Assembly: GCA_963738405.1 (NCBI GenBank)
Contig: CAVTWJ010000023.1
Coordinates: forward strand, 224,001 to 288,000
Direction: 5' to 3'
DNA length: 64,000 nucleotides
Source of the DNA: a candidate division FCPU426 bacterium
GTDB taxonomy: Bacteria; Oederibacteriota; Muellerivitia; Muellerivitales; Muellerivitaceae
A program made the position numbers and the translations under genes. Of this stretch, positions 43,841-53,819 are shown in pieces. The notes under the pieces are model-generated. The model was not told the origin of the DNA, ran no database searches, and was given only the letters and a program-made list of their open reading frames with translations. Positions within the stretch are counted from its first letter, which is position 1; every line of letters starts with the position of its first letter.

Positions 43841-44841
43841 AACGCCTTTTCGGCGAGCTGACCGGCCAGGCGGATAGCCGCCATCATGCTGGAGGGGCCG
43901 GCTTTGCCCTTGCCCGCGATGTCAAAAGCGGTACCGTGGTCCGGCGAAGTGCGGATAAAAGGAAGCCCCAGAGTCATGTTGACTCCTTGGTCAAAGGCCG
44001 CAAGTTTTAGGGGGATCAGCCCCTGGTCGTGGTACATGCAAAGCACGGCGTCATAGCGGCCTTTGGAGGCCCAGTAGAAAAGGGTATCGGGGGGGTGGGG
44101 CCCGGTCACGGCCCAGCCCAGCTTGCGGGCCTTCGCTACCACAGGGTTCAAAATGGTTTTTTCTTCTTTTCCAAAGGCCCCGTTCTCTCCCGCGTGGGGG
44201 TTCACCCCCGCCACCGCGATACGGGGGTTCTTGATCCCAAACCACCTTTGAAGGCTCTTATGGGCCAGTTCCAGTTTTTCCCAAACCTTGGGCCGGGTGA
44301 TTTCTTTTAGTGCGTCCTTGAGAGAAAGGTGGATCGATTGAAGCACGATCTTAAAGGGGCCTCCCACCATCATCATCGCAAAGTCTTTACGGTCTGAAAG
44401 GTGGGCCAAAAGCTCAGTATGTCCGGGAAAAATGCATCCTGCCTTATGGATAGCTTCTTTGCTGATCGGGGCAGTTACCAAAGCGGATGCCTTACCTTCC
44501 AAGGCCAGCTGGGCGCCCTTAATGATGTAATGCACAGCGGCAGTGCCGGAAGAAGCAGATATCTTTCCCCATTGGGATTTTTCTGCCCCGCCTAAATCCA
44601 AGACCCCAATCCTTCCCCGCCCTACCAGGGCCGGGCCTTGGGAATCCAGTTTTTCGAGGGGCAGTTTGATCTTGAATCGCTTAGCGCAGGCGGTGAGGTA
44701 GGCAAAATCCCCGACCAGGCAATAGAGGTGTTTGGAACCCGGAATCAGTTTGGCCAGTGCCTTTAGCGTGACTTCCGCACCAATACCAGAAGGGTCTCCG
44801 GTCGAGATGGCGATGGGGGGCTTAAATTCGGATGATTTCAT
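43837..44841 (-). CDS. pdxA: 4-hydroxythreonine-4-phosphate dehydrogenase
   Basis: GDPSGIG, GHTE, NPHAGE, MYHDQG, RTSPDHGTAFDIAG. Confidence 0.96.
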   Translation of the reverse strand: MKSSEFKPPIAISTGDPSGIGAEVTLKALAKLIPGSKHLYCLVGDFAYLTACAKRFKIKLPLEKLDSQGPALVGRGRIGVLDLGGAEKSQWGKISASSGTAAVHYIIKGAQLALEGKASALVTAPISKEAIHKAGCIFPGHTELLAHLSDRKDFAMMMVGGPFKIVLQSIHLSLKDALKEITRPKVWEKLELAHKSLQRWFGIKNPRIAVAGVNPHAGENGAFGKEEKTILNPVVAKARKLGWAVTGPHPPDTLFYWASKGRYDAVLCMYHDQGLIPLKLAAFDQGVNMTLGLPFIRTSPDHGTAFDIAGKGKAGPSSMMAAIRLAGQLAEKAL

Positions 44842-44858
44842 GAACTTCCTAATGAATT

Positions 44859-46184
44859 CTAAAGAACCTTCGCGGCCAAGGCGGCCAACTGGGACCTTTC
44901 ACTCTTGGACAGGGTGATATGGCCAAACATTTCATTACCCTTGAACCTTTCGGCCAGGTACACGATGCCGTTGGAAGAGGCATCCAAATAGGGATTGTCG
45001 ATTTGGTAGGGGTCCCCGGTCATGACAACCTTGGTACCCACCCCTGCCCTCGAAACGATGGTTTTGATCTCATGCGGAGTCAAGTTTTGGGCTTCATCCA
45101 CGATCAGGAACTGTTTGGGAATCGAACGGCCCCGGATATAGGTCAAGGCTTCCAGTTCCAGTTTGTGCGAATCAAGCAGGTACTGCACCTTGTCGTCCAC
45201 TTCTTCGGCGTCATTCTGCAGGTGGCCCTTATCCAATATGAATTCCAGGTTGTCGAAAATGGGCTGCATCCAGTTCATTAACTTTTCGTCTTTACTGCCG
45301 GGCAGATAGCCGATGTCTTTTCCCAACGGCACGATAGGACGGGAAACCAGCACTCTGCGGTATTTTTTCTCATCCAGGCTCTTCAACAGCCCTGCAGCTA
45401 AGGCCAAGAGGGTCTTACCCGTTCCCGCTGAACCCACAAGGGTCACCATGCTAATGCGGTCATTCAATAGAAGGTTCAGAGCAAAATATTGTTCAAGGTT
45501 CAGAGCTTTGATGCCCCAGGCTTCAGGATCTTTGAACCAGAGGGTCTGAGCTTCCTTCAATCCATCTTTGTAAATCCCCCGGGCGGTTTTGGATTCGTGA
45601 ATATCGCTTTTCAAAAGCAGGAACTCGTTCTCATAAAACTGGTTCGTTTCCAGGTAGGGCGTCATTGAAATTTTTCCGGATTTGTAAAACTCGTCTATTT
45701 CCGCGTCCTTGACGGTCACGGTGGCCCAACCCGCGTAAAGCTCGTCGATATTGACCTTGTTGGTTTCGAAGTCTTCCGATTCCACACCCAGGGCGTCCGC
45801 TTTGACACGCACGTTGATATCTTTTGTCACGAAATGGACATCTTCGCCCTTTTGTTTCAGGGACAAGGCGATGCCGATAATATTGTTGTCGATCTTCATG
45901 TGCGAAAGGGAGGCGGGCAGATGTCCGTTGGGGGTAGAGATTTCTACCTTTAAAATCCCCCCGTTAGGAAGCGGCACCCCATTCGGCAAGTTGCCCTTTT
46001 TGCGAAGTTCATCAAGCTTGCGGGCCACTTCCCGGGCGTTGCGGCCCCTTTCATCCTGATACTTTTTGAAAGTATCAAGTTCCTCAATGACCCCCAGGGG
46101 AATTACTACGATGTTGTCCGCAAAGGACTCGATCGCGTGCGGATTGTGAATCAATACGTTGGTATCCAGAACGAAAGTTTTCAT
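44859..46184 (-). CDS. PIN domain + PhoH-like ATPase (PhoH2 type)
   Basis: FVLDTNVL PIN start; GSAGTGKT, GYLPG, RGRS, DEAQN, TGD..QID. Confidence 0.93.
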   Translation of the reverse strand: MKTFVLDTNVLIHNPHAIESFADNIVVIPLGVIEELDTFKKYQDERGRNAREVARKLDELRKKGNLPNGVPLPNGGILKVEISTPNGHLPASLSHMKIDNNIIGIALSLKQKGEDVHFVTKDINVRVKADALGVESEDFETNKVNIDELYAGWATVTVKDAEIDEFYKSGKISMTPYLETNQFYENEFLLLKSDIHESKTARGIYKDGLKEAQTLWFKDPEAWGIKALNLEQYFALNLLLNDRISMVTLVGSAGTGKTLLALAAGLLKSLDEKKYRRVLVSRPIVPLGKDIGYLPGSKDEKLMNWMQPIFDNLEFILDKGHLQNDAEEVDDKVQYLLDSHKLELEALTYIRGRSIPKQFLIVDEAQNLTPHEIKTIVSRAGVGTKVVMTGDPYQIDNPYLDASSNGIVYLAERFKGNEMFGHITLSKSERSQLAALAAKVL

Positions 46185-46266
46185 ACCGACCCTCCATTCC
46201 CAAAAAATGATAAAGAGGTCGGCATAGAGCCGATTTCATTTAATTTTATGAATAACGTGAATCGGT

Positions 46267-46995
46267 TCATGGGGTTGGGGCCTCCGGGTGAGATAGATGG
46301 GGTTTCACCAAAAAAAAGCACATCCGGGCCAGCTCAAGGGCCCGGTGGTACGTCTCTGAAAAGGCGGCGGATAAAGGCAGAACTTGCGGCCAAAGGAAGG
46401 AAGTAAGAAGCATTAAGCCAATCATATTTCCCGCGAAAATGAAAATCAAGGAAAAGGCCACCCCGCCGTCTTTTAAGTCCGTCTGGGGATGGGAAAGCGA
46501 GTAAACCGTCAGCGCCACGTGAAAGGCGTAAGTAAACCCGATAAGCCCCACGAGATAAATCTTGAAAGGTTCAGCCGCGATGAGATAAAGGCCGAGCGTA
46601 ACAACCGTGTAAAAGGGGAAGATATAGGGCGCCAAACTGATGAAGACGTGCGATTTATTTACCATCGTGGATCCGCCGGTTTTCGTGGCATGAACCGCCG
46701 TCACTTTGCCACCCATTAAGATGGCGGCCAGTGCGTGGGTGAGTTCGTGGGCCAAAACATGGGTCAAGATGGGCTTATAGAAGGCGAAATGAATAATGAG
46801 GTAGAGGACAAAGCCCGACAAGAAAACAATCGTGGTCTTGCTGGCCCAGGGTATTCCGGCCCAAGCAGGTCCCAAAACCCAACCCATAGCCAACGACAGC
46901 CAAATTAATAGAATGGCGAAAAACCATTTCAAGAAAAACCCAGCGATGGATTTATGCAGAGCCAAAATTACCTTCTTTAAATTTGTTTCACGCAT
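46267..46995 (-). CDS. Membrane protein with HExxH motif (M50-like metallopeptidase)
   Basis: Multiple TMs; AHELTH, ISLAPY, TDL. Confidence 0.75.
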   Translation of the reverse strand: MRETNLKKVILALHKSIAGFFLKWFFAILLIWLSLAMGWVLGPAWAGIPWASKTTIVFLSGFVLYLIIHFAFYKPILTHVLAHELTHALAAILMGGKVTAVHATKTGGSTMVNKSHVFISLAPYIFPFYTVVTLGLYLIAAEPFKIYLVGLIGFTYAFHVALTVYSLSHPQTDLKDGGVAFSLIFIFAGNMIGLMLLTSFLWPQVLPLSAAFSETYHRALELARMCFFLVKPHLSHPEAPTP

Positions 46996-47009
46996 ACTAA
47001 CAAAGAGGC

Positions 47010-47951
47010 TTATTCTTCTGTTTCTTCCTCGGAATCCGCCACCGCTTCCCCTAAGGGAATTTCAGTCGCGATCTTATATACCACTTCCCGGGGCAATCCC
47101 CGCATGCGGGAAACGGCCTTGACCGCCTCGGTCTTGGAAAGGCCCTGGTCGCGCATGAATTCCATCAATTGGTCAGCGATGGAGACCCCAACCCACTTTT
47201 CCTGGTCCGTGTGGTCTACCCTCTCACCGCCCTCGACCACGATCACAAATTCCCCGATGGGTTCGTTCGTTTTGAAATGCTTCCAAAGGTCCTGCAGGGT
47301 GCCGCGCACGAATTCCTCATGCAATTTGGTTAATTCCCTTCCCGCCATGGCTTGGCGGTTGCCGAACACGTTCATCATGTCCTTGAGACTGTTTCGAAGC
47401 CTATGGGGGGATTCAAAGAAAACCAAAGTTCTTTCTTCTGACCTTAACCCTAGAAGTGCGCTTCGGCGCTCGGAGGGTTTAGAGGGCAAGAACCCCAAAA
47501 AGGTGAATGGCGTCGTAACAAAACCCGATACGGGCAAGGAAGCGAGGATCGAAGATGCTCCGGGTATCGGAACCACACGGAAGCCCCTTTGAACCACCTC
47601 TTTAACCACCTTGTCGCCCGGGTCAGAGATACCGGGCATTCCAGCGTCTGTTACCAAAGCTACCGATTTGCCTTCTTCCAAGGCTTTCAAGATTTCGCCC
47701 ACCCTCTTGGTCTCGTTGTGCTCGAAGCAGGAAATCATCTTGGGTGACGGAATCTTGAAATGGTTGAGAAGCCTTAAAGTGTTTCTTGTATCTTCCGCGG
47801 CGATCAATTGGACTTCTTCCAGCACCTTGATGGCCCGAAAGGTCATGTCTTCCAAATTGCCGATGGGTGTGGCCACCAGGTAAAGGGTGGAAGGCAGGAT
47901 GGCGTTTTTTTCAGCGTTTTTTTCGGACACGACGTTTGACCTTTCTGCCAT
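47010..47951 (-). CDS. rsmI: 16S rRNA C1402 2'-O-methyltransferase
   Basis: LYLVATPIGNLED, AEDTR, DAGMPGISDPG, ESPHR, RELTKLHEE. Confidence 0.96.
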   Translation of the reverse strand: MAERSNVVSEKNAEKNAILPSTLYLVATPIGNLEDMTFRAIKVLEEVQLIAAEDTRNTLRLLNHFKIPSPKMISCFEHNETKRVGEILKALEEGKSVALVTDAGMPGISDPGDKVVKEVVQRGFRVVPIPGASSILASLPVSGFVTTPFTFLGFLPSKPSERRSALLGLRSEERTLVFFESPHRLRNSLKDMMNVFGNRQAMAGRELTKLHEEFVRGTLQDLWKHFKTNEPIGEFVIVVEGGERVDHTDQEKWVGVSIADQLMEFMRDQGLSKTEAVKAVSRMRGLPREVVYKIATEIPLGEAVADSEEETEE

Positions 47952-48561
47952 GTTTCGACTTAATAAAACGCACTGGCCTCGGGATGATTTCAGAAACAGG
48001 TATGGGCTTGGGTTGAAAGTAAGTTTTCAGCCTTTCCAAGCCTTCCCAAACCATCCAGCCAATCCCAACCCCGAAAAGATAACCGCCTAAAACATCCGAT
48101 GGGTAATGGAGCCCTAGGTAAATACGGGAAAGACCCACCAGAATGGCAATCGTAATAAAAAGACCTTTAAAAGTAGGAAAGGTCCTTGCCAACAAAAACA
48201 TGGAGGAACCCATGTTGGCCGCGTGGCTGGATGGAAAGGAATAGGCATCGCTCCCCCCCGCCGGGGTCAAAACTCCGGGCAATGCGTTACAGGGCCGGAC
48301 CCGCTGAATCCAATTTTTAAGAACATGGCTTGCCCCCTGATCCGAAAGGGTTACCCCAACCGCAATCCCGAAGACCAGCCAGCGGCCCTTGGCCCCGCCC
48401 CAAATCAACTGATAAAGAATAAAAAGAACAATGACCAGCAAAATGCCCGTGTGGTGAAAATCGGTGATGTATGAAAAAAAACCATTCAGCAGGGGGCAAG
48501 ACCAGCCTTCGTTAACCCATCGAAAAACCGCCACGTCGATGGAATAGAGAAAATCCCCCAA
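47911..48561 (-). CDS. PAP2-family membrane phosphatase
   Basis: K....R.RP, SFPSSH, SRIYLGLHYPSD. Confidence 0.92.
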   Translation of the reverse strand: MGDFLYSIDVAVFRWVNEGWSCPLLNGFFSYITDFHHTGILLVIVLFILYQLIWGGAKGRWLVFGIAVGVTLSDQGASHVLKNWIQRVRPCNALPGVLTPAGGSDAYSFPSSHAANMGSSMFLLARTFPTFKGLFITIAILVGLSRIYLGLHYPSDVLGGYLFGVGIGWMVWEGLERLKTYFQPKPIPVSEIIPRPVRFIKSKHGRKVKRRVRKKR

Positions 48562-48564
48562 GGG

Positions 48565-49674
48565 CTAGACCGCCAAGGGAACAGGGTCAAGTTCCGGCAG
48601 GGACTGGTGAATCTCTTCCAAAGTCTTTAAGACCCAATCGTCGTCGTCGGAAGTCAAAAGCTTCTGACGCATTTCCTTCGCCCCCTCGAAACCTTTGATG
48701 TAATGGCTCAAGTGCTTTTTCATCTCCATCAAGCCCAATCGGGGTCCCTTCACCTCGATGGAAACTCGCAGTTGTTCCGCCGCCACGCCCAGTCTGAACT
48801 TGAGCGAGGGCCGGGGCATGGCCTTGCCGGTCTCCAGGAAATGATTAATCTCAGCGAAGATCCAGGGGGCCCCCATGCTTCCCCGGCCGATCATAATGCC
48901 GTCACAGCCTGTTTCGATAAACAGCTTGTAGGCGTCCAAGGCGGTCTTCACGTCTCCGTTGCCGATAATAGGAATTTTCGCCTTTTCCTTAAGGCGTTTG
49001 ATGACCTGCCAGTCGGCCTTGCCGTCAAACATTTGGTTTCGGGTACGGGCATGTACCGCTAACGCCGCCGCCCCCGCCGATTGAACCGCGTCCAAAAGCT
49101 CAAACACCGCGTTATCCATGGCGTCGTAGCCCGCGCGGGTCTTTACCGTAATGGGCACCTTGCCTCCCGTGGCCTTGACCATAGCCTCCACGATCCAGCC
49201 CGCCCTTTGGGGCTCTTTCAAAACCGCCGCTCCCGAATCGCACTTGAGTATCTTCCCCACGGGACAGCCGAAGTTGATATCGATGATGTCGGGATGAACT
49301 TCCTCCATCACCCGCGCGGCCGCTTCCCCCATGATGGCCGGGTCTCCGCCAAACAGCTGAACCCCCACAGGGCGCTCGGGCTCGGTGAAGGCCATCAGGT
49401 CTTCTGTCTTGTCGCTTCCATGCAGCAGGGCCCGGGAACTGACCATCTCGGTCACCACCATGGCGGCGCCATAGCGCCGTGCCAAACGGCGGAAAGCCGT
49501 GTCGGTGTAACCCGCCATGGGGGCCAAAATGACCCGGCCGTTAAGGGTTAAAGGTCCCAATTGGAATTCACGGGCGTTCTTGCCCAGGGATTCTAGGGTC
49601 GGGCCGTTCATTTCCGACTCGAGCGGAAGGGGCTCCACCTGGTCGGGGTTAGGATTTCTAGGCATGACGCTCAT
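48565..49674 (-). CDS. dusB: tRNA dihydrouridine synthase B
   Basis: LAPMAG, DINFGCP, HARTR, GNGD, MIGRG. Confidence 0.93.
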   Translation of the reverse strand: MSVMPRNPNPDQVEPLPLESEMNGPTLESLGKNAREFQLGPLTLNGRVILAPMAGYTDTAFRRLARRYGAAMVVTEMVSSRALLHGSDKTEDLMAFTEPERPVGVQLFGGDPAIMGEAAARVMEEVHPDIIDINFGCPVGKILKCDSGAAVLKEPQRAGWIVEAMVKATGGKVPITVKTRAGYDAMDNAVFELLDAVQSAGAAALAVHARTRNQMFDGKADWQVIKRLKEKAKIPIIGNGDVKTALDAYKLFIETGCDGIMIGRGSMGAPWIFAEINHFLETGKAMPRPSLKFRLGVAAEQLRVSIEVKGPRLGLMEMKKHLSHYIKGFEGAKEMRQKLLTSDDDDWVLKTLEEIHQSLPELDPVPLAV

Positions 49675-49711
49675 TTAAATTCCTCTTCAAAAAGTCCAAA
49701 AAGACATTATC

Positions 49712-49812
49712 CACCACCAAGACACAAAGACACCAAGAACACCTTAAGATAATAAAAAAACCAGAAACAATATTGTTTTGGCATTTCTTGGTGCCTTGGT
49801 GCCTTGGTGGTG
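49712..49812. repeat. Palindromic intergenic repeat, 9-mer family, copy 1
   Basis: CACCACCAAGACACAAAGACACCAAGAA .. TTCTTGGTGCCTTGGTGCCTTGGTGGTG. Confidence 0.9.
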
Positions 49813-49839
49813 ATCAGATTTTTTTAGATTATCAGTTGG

Positions 49840-50868
49840 TCATTCTAACAAGAAGGGTTGGTGGCCGAAAGGGGAGGCATTTGCCGTAGCCGACAGGGCC
49901 GCTGTTTTACCCTGTGAAAGCTGATAGGCGCCCAGCCCCGCGATCATGGCGGCGTTGTCCGAGCAAAACTTCGGAGGCGGCACCCGCAAAGCAATTCCCC
50001 GAGGATCGGTTTCCGATTTCAACACCCTGCGCAAAGCCGAATTGCAGGCCACCCCTCCCCCCACGACCAAACTTTTGGGGTGATGCTCATCCAAGATTTT
50101 CCGAACCCGGTAAAGAATTTCTTCCAGTACCGTGTTCTGGAAACGTGCCGCCAGCAATATCTTGTCCTTTTCCTCTTTGGGCGGGTGGTGTTTGATTTCC
50201 AGCCCTACGGCGGTCTTAAGGCCGCTAAAGGAAAAATCGAGGGTTTTGTCTTTCATCCGCGAAGCGGGAAAGGTCATCTTCACTTCCGGCGCCTGCGCCG
50301 CCAGTTTTTCTATCATCGGCCCGCCGGGATAAGCCAGACCCATCAGCTTGGCCACCTTATCGAAAGCCTCTCCGGCCGCGTCGTCCCGGGTGGAACATAG
50401 GAGCCGGTAGGACCCCCAATTTTCAATGTGGTAGAGCTCCGTATGGCCTCCCGAAACCACCAGGCCGATGGCGGGAAAAAGAATAGGTTCGTCATCCAAC
50501 CTGGCCGCGTAAAGATGGGCCTCGATATGGTGGATGGCCACGAAGGGGATCTTGAGCCGAAAGGCCATTCCCTTGGCGGCTGAAACCCCCACCAAAAGGG
50601 CCCCGATCAAGCCGGGAGCTGCGGTCACGGCAATGCCTGTCAAATCGTCCCAGCCCACCTGGGCCTGTTTTAAAACTTCCCGTGTCAAAAAGGGAAGACT
50701 TTCTAAATGCTGGCGGGAAGCCACCTCAGGCACCACCCCGCCGTAGGGGGCATGCATCAGGGTTTGGCTGGCCACCTCATTGGCGAGTACGCGGTAGCCG
50801 TCTTCCACGATGGCCGTGGAGGTCTCGTCGCAGGAGGATTCGATTCCCAGCACCAAGCTTTTCGACAT
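49840..50868 (-). CDS. tsaD: tRNA t6A37 threonylcarbamoyltransferase
   Basis: LGIESSCDETS, GGVVPEVASR, HIEAH, SGGHT, DDAAGEAFDK, DNAAMI. Confidence 0.97.
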   Translation of the reverse strand: MSKSLVLGIESSCDETSTAIVEDGYRVLANEVASQTLMHAPYGGVVPEVASRQHLESLPFLTREVLKQAQVGWDDLTGIAVTAAPGLIGALLVGVSAAKGMAFRLKIPFVAIHHIEAHLYAARLDDEPILFPAIGLVVSGGHTELYHIENWGSYRLLCSTRDDAAGEAFDKVAKLMGLAYPGGPMIEKLAAQAPEVKMTFPASRMKDKTLDFSFSGLKTAVGLEIKHHPPKEEKDKILLAARFQNTVLEEILYRVRKILDEHHPKSLVVGGGVACNSALRRVLKSETDPRGIALRVPPPKFCSDNAAMIAGLGAYQLSQGKTAALSATANASPFGHQPFLLE

Positions 50869-50895
50869 TTAAAATCCTTAAAAACAATAATTTTT

Positions 50896-51005
50896 CACCA
50901 CCAAGACACGAAGACACCAAGAAGATCAAAGTTCATAAACATGTTTAAAGTCTTTTTCCTTCTTTCGATTCACGTTGTTCTTGGCGACTTGGTGCCTTGG
51001 TGGTA
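50896..51005. repeat. Palindromic intergenic repeat, 9-mer family, copy 2
   Basis: CACCACCAAGACACGAAGACACCAAGAA .. TTCTTGGCGACTTGGTGCCTTGGTGGTA. Confidence 0.9.
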
Positions 51006-51009
51006 AATC

Positions 51010-52146
51010 CTACTCACCCACAACCTCGGACAGGTAAACCAATTCGACGCCCTCTTCTTGAATTTTCGGAATGGCCTTCAAAAGGGTCGCCAGCGTCACG
51101 GCTTTGAAATGGCCGATGGCCACGGCATAACCCTGCTTTTTAGCCAGGTTCATGGCCTTCTCCAATTGCTTTCTAATCGCCCTGGGTTCCACCTCATCAT
51201 CCAAAAAAATATCCCTTTTGGCATGGGGTACTTTTAAAAGCCCAGCTTCCCTTTCCCCAACCGTTTTGGGAGAGGTTCTGGAATCGAGGAAGAAGAGACC
51301 TTTCTTTCCTAAGAAACCACAAACCTCATCCATCAATGCCTTGTTCTCGCTGGCCAAACTTCCCATGTGGTTGTTCAAACCCTCCGCACCCGGGAGCAGG
51401 TCAAAGGCCGCGGCGAGGTTGCTTGCCACAACTTCCGGGTCCATGCCTCTCTTGAGATATTCGGGATAGGCGCCCTTGGGGAATTTCTCATGTCCCTCCA
51501 TGGGCATGTGGCAAATGATTTCAACCCCGTGGCCGGGGGCTTCCTGCGCCAATTCTTTTCCGAACTCAGTGGATGGAATCAGGGCCATGGTTACCGGCAC
51601 CTTGAAGCCGTAGAGGTTATTCAAGGCTTCGCCCTTTTGGTATCCGCCGTCATCGATCACCAGGCTTAAACGGGGCTTGTGGGTCTGGAGGAAGGTGACC
51701 GTCATCGGGGTCCATTGGCCGTCATAGGCGAAAACGTAACTGTAGAAGGTAGCCTGGCCGTCCGGGGATTCCCCTGTTTCCGAGTGGCCCTCGAAGGCGC
51801 CCACAGATTCGGCGGCCTGCCTCAACTGATCCGCCAGCTGTTCGGGCGTATAGCGCCGGGGCAGGCGAAAGCTTTCTTGGTAGGTGGGAAGGGTTAAATC
51901 CTGGTAGGTGAAATCCCTTTGGAGGATTCCCCCTTCCCGCAGTTTCAGGATATCCAGGGAGCGAAGTTTTTCTTCCACGGCCTCGCGCAGGTTTTCGCCG
52001 TCCTGGGGGCTGCGCCGGACCACGGGGACGCTCTGGGGTTTCAGGCTGGTTTCTCGCTCCTGCCTCCAGGAATAATAAAGGGCCAAACCGATCAACCCCA
52101 AGCCCAAACCGATTAGGATCTTGGGAACCAGCCCCATCTTATTCAT
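51010..52146 (-). CDS. Divergent polysaccharide deacetylase (YibQ-like)
   Basis: VIDDGG, HMPME, NNHMGS, FLDSRT, RDIFLD, AIGH; downstream of ctpA. Confidence 0.9.
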   Translation of the reverse strand: MNKMGLVPKILIGLGLGLIGLALYYSWRQERETSLKPQSVPVVRRSPQDGENLREAVEEKLRSLDILKLREGGILQRDFTYQDLTLPTYQESFRLPRRYTPEQLADQLRQAAESVGAFEGHSETGESPDGQATFYSYVFAYDGQWTPMTVTFLQTHKPRLSLVIDDGGYQKGEALNNLYGFKVPVTMALIPSTEFGKELAQEAPGHGVEIICHMPMEGHEKFPKGAYPEYLKRGMDPEVVASNLAAAFDLLPGAEGLNNHMGSLASENKALMDEVCGFLGKKGLFFLDSRTSPKTVGEREAGLLKVPHAKRDIFLDDEVEPRAIRKQLEKAMNLAKKQGYAVAIGHFKAVTLATLLKAIPKIQEEGVELVYLSEVVGE

Positions 52147-52168
52147 GCCGACGGACCCCGTTTTAAAA

Positions 52169-53722
52169 CTACTCTTTATCCTTCAATTTGTTCCGCTCTT
52201 CCTCAAGTTTCTTTTCACCGGCCTTTTCGTTGGGCTCGGCTTTCTTGGGATACTGGGCGAAAAGGGCTTTGCTGATCTTGCCGCCGTCATTAATAATTTG
52301 TTCGGCGACCAGAACTTGGCTATCGTCCACCACCGCTTCCTGGCGGGCATCTTTTTCACCCAGTTTGGCGCGGACCAATTCAACCTTCAGGCTGGTCTTC
52401 AGGTACTTTTCATCTTTTTTCAATTCGACTTTGTCGATCTTCTTCCCGTTTTTGACGCAGTAGTCGTAAAAACCATCCATCGTCGCGGGCGTAAGGGTCA
52501 TCCCCGCGGTGACGTCCATTCCGCCATCGATAAACTGCTTGGCGTATTTTTCCGCCAACTGCTGGCTGTAAACCTTGATGGTGGACTCGGAGGCGTCGGG
52601 CTCCTTCAGATTCAAGTCCGGATCGATGCCGATGCCGTGGATGCAGACTCCCGAAGGCGTGTAGTACTTGGCCATCGTCAGGCGCAGAGCCGCCCCGTCG
52701 CTGTTATCCAAGGGCAGAATGGTTTGGACCGAGCCCTTCCCGAAGGACTTGGACCCGATCAGTACGGCTCTTTTCCAGTCTTTCAACGCCCCCGCCACGA
52801 TCTCAGCACCCGAGGCGCTTCCCTCGTTGATCATGGCCACAACGGGCAATTTGGAATCGAACTTTTCATCGTCCTGGGCCTTGAAAAGCTGGTTCTGGTT
52901 CTCGCTTCGGCCCTTGGTGGAAACGATCGTATCCCCCGGATGGCCGAAATAATTGGAAACCCCAACCGCCTCGTTTAACAGGCCTCCCGGGTCGTTGCGC
53001 AGGTCCACGATCAGCCCCTTGAGGGGTTTATCTTTCTCTAAGTCCTTCACAGCGGCCACGAAATCGTCGGTGGTGTTGTCGATGAATTCTGAAATCCGAA
53101 CATAGCCGATGGCGCCGGGCAAGCGGTAAGAATGGATGCTCTCGATTTTGATGGCTTCCCGGACCAGAGTCACGTCAAAGGGTTCGGTGAGGCTTCCCCG
53201 CAGGATGGAAATGGTGACCTTGGTGCCGATTTGCCCCCGAAGGCGCTTCACGGCGTCGTTAATGCCCATCCCGTCCGTTTTATCGTCGCCGATCTTCACG
53301 ATCTCGTCCCCGGCCTTGATCCCGGCCTTGTCCGCGGGGGTTCCCTCGATCGGAGAAATCACCGTCAAGTGTTCGTCCTTAACCGCGATCTCGATTCCCA
53401 ATCCTCCGAAAGAGCCGGAGGTCTCGGTCTGCATTTCCTTGTAATCCTCGGGGGGCATGAACTGGCTGAAGGGGTCCAGGGTGTTCACCATGCCTTGGAT
53501 GGCCCCATAAATGAGGTCCTTGGGATTGGTCTTGTCCACATCCACATACTTCTCTCGGATGATGGTCAAGGCGTCCACGAAAGGATTGAGGTACTTATAG
53601 ACATCTTCCGAGGTGTCTTTGGGCTTGCCGGAAGACTGGGCCATGGCTCCCGCGGCAAAGCTTAATCCCGATAAAAGCATAATCAGGGCGGCGATGGTAT
53701 AGAGACTGGGGCGGCGGTTCAT
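52169..53722 (-). CDS. ctpA: S41 carboxy-terminal processing protease (PDZ)
   Basis: LDPFS, GLGIE, DLRNDPGGLL, SASGAEI, FGKGSVQ, KYYTPSG. Confidence 0.93.
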   Translation of the reverse strand: MNRRPSLYTIAALIMLLSGLSFAAGAMAQSSGKPKDTSEDVYKYLNPFVDALTIIREKYVDVDKTNPKDLIYGAIQGMVNTLDPFSQFMPPEDYKEMQTETSGSFGGLGIEIAVKDEHLTVISPIEGTPADKAGIKAGDEIVKIGDDKTDGMGINDAVKRLRGQIGTKVTISILRGSLTEPFDVTLVREAIKIESIHSYRLPGAIGYVRISEFIDNTTDDFVAAVKDLEKDKPLKGLIVDLRNDPGGLLNEAVGVSNYFGHPGDTIVSTKGRSENQNQLFKAQDDEKFDSKLPVVAMINEGSASGAEIVAGALKDWKRAVLIGSKSFGKGSVQTILPLDNSDGAALRLTMAKYYTPSGVCIHGIGIDPDLNLKEPDASESTIKVYSQQLAEKYAKQFIDGGMDVTAGMTLTPATMDGFYDYCVKNGKKIDKVELKKDEKYLKTSLKVELVRAKLGEKDARQEAVVDDSQVLVAEQIINDGGKISKALFAQYPKKAEPNEKAGEKKLEEERNKLKDKE

Positions 53723-53819
53723 GCAATCCTCCGAAATGGGTTATCAATTTCAAATGTCACGGTAAAAACAACAGGCGGGGAAACCAAGAAAGACACCCTT
53801 GAGCCTAAAGGATGTCTTG

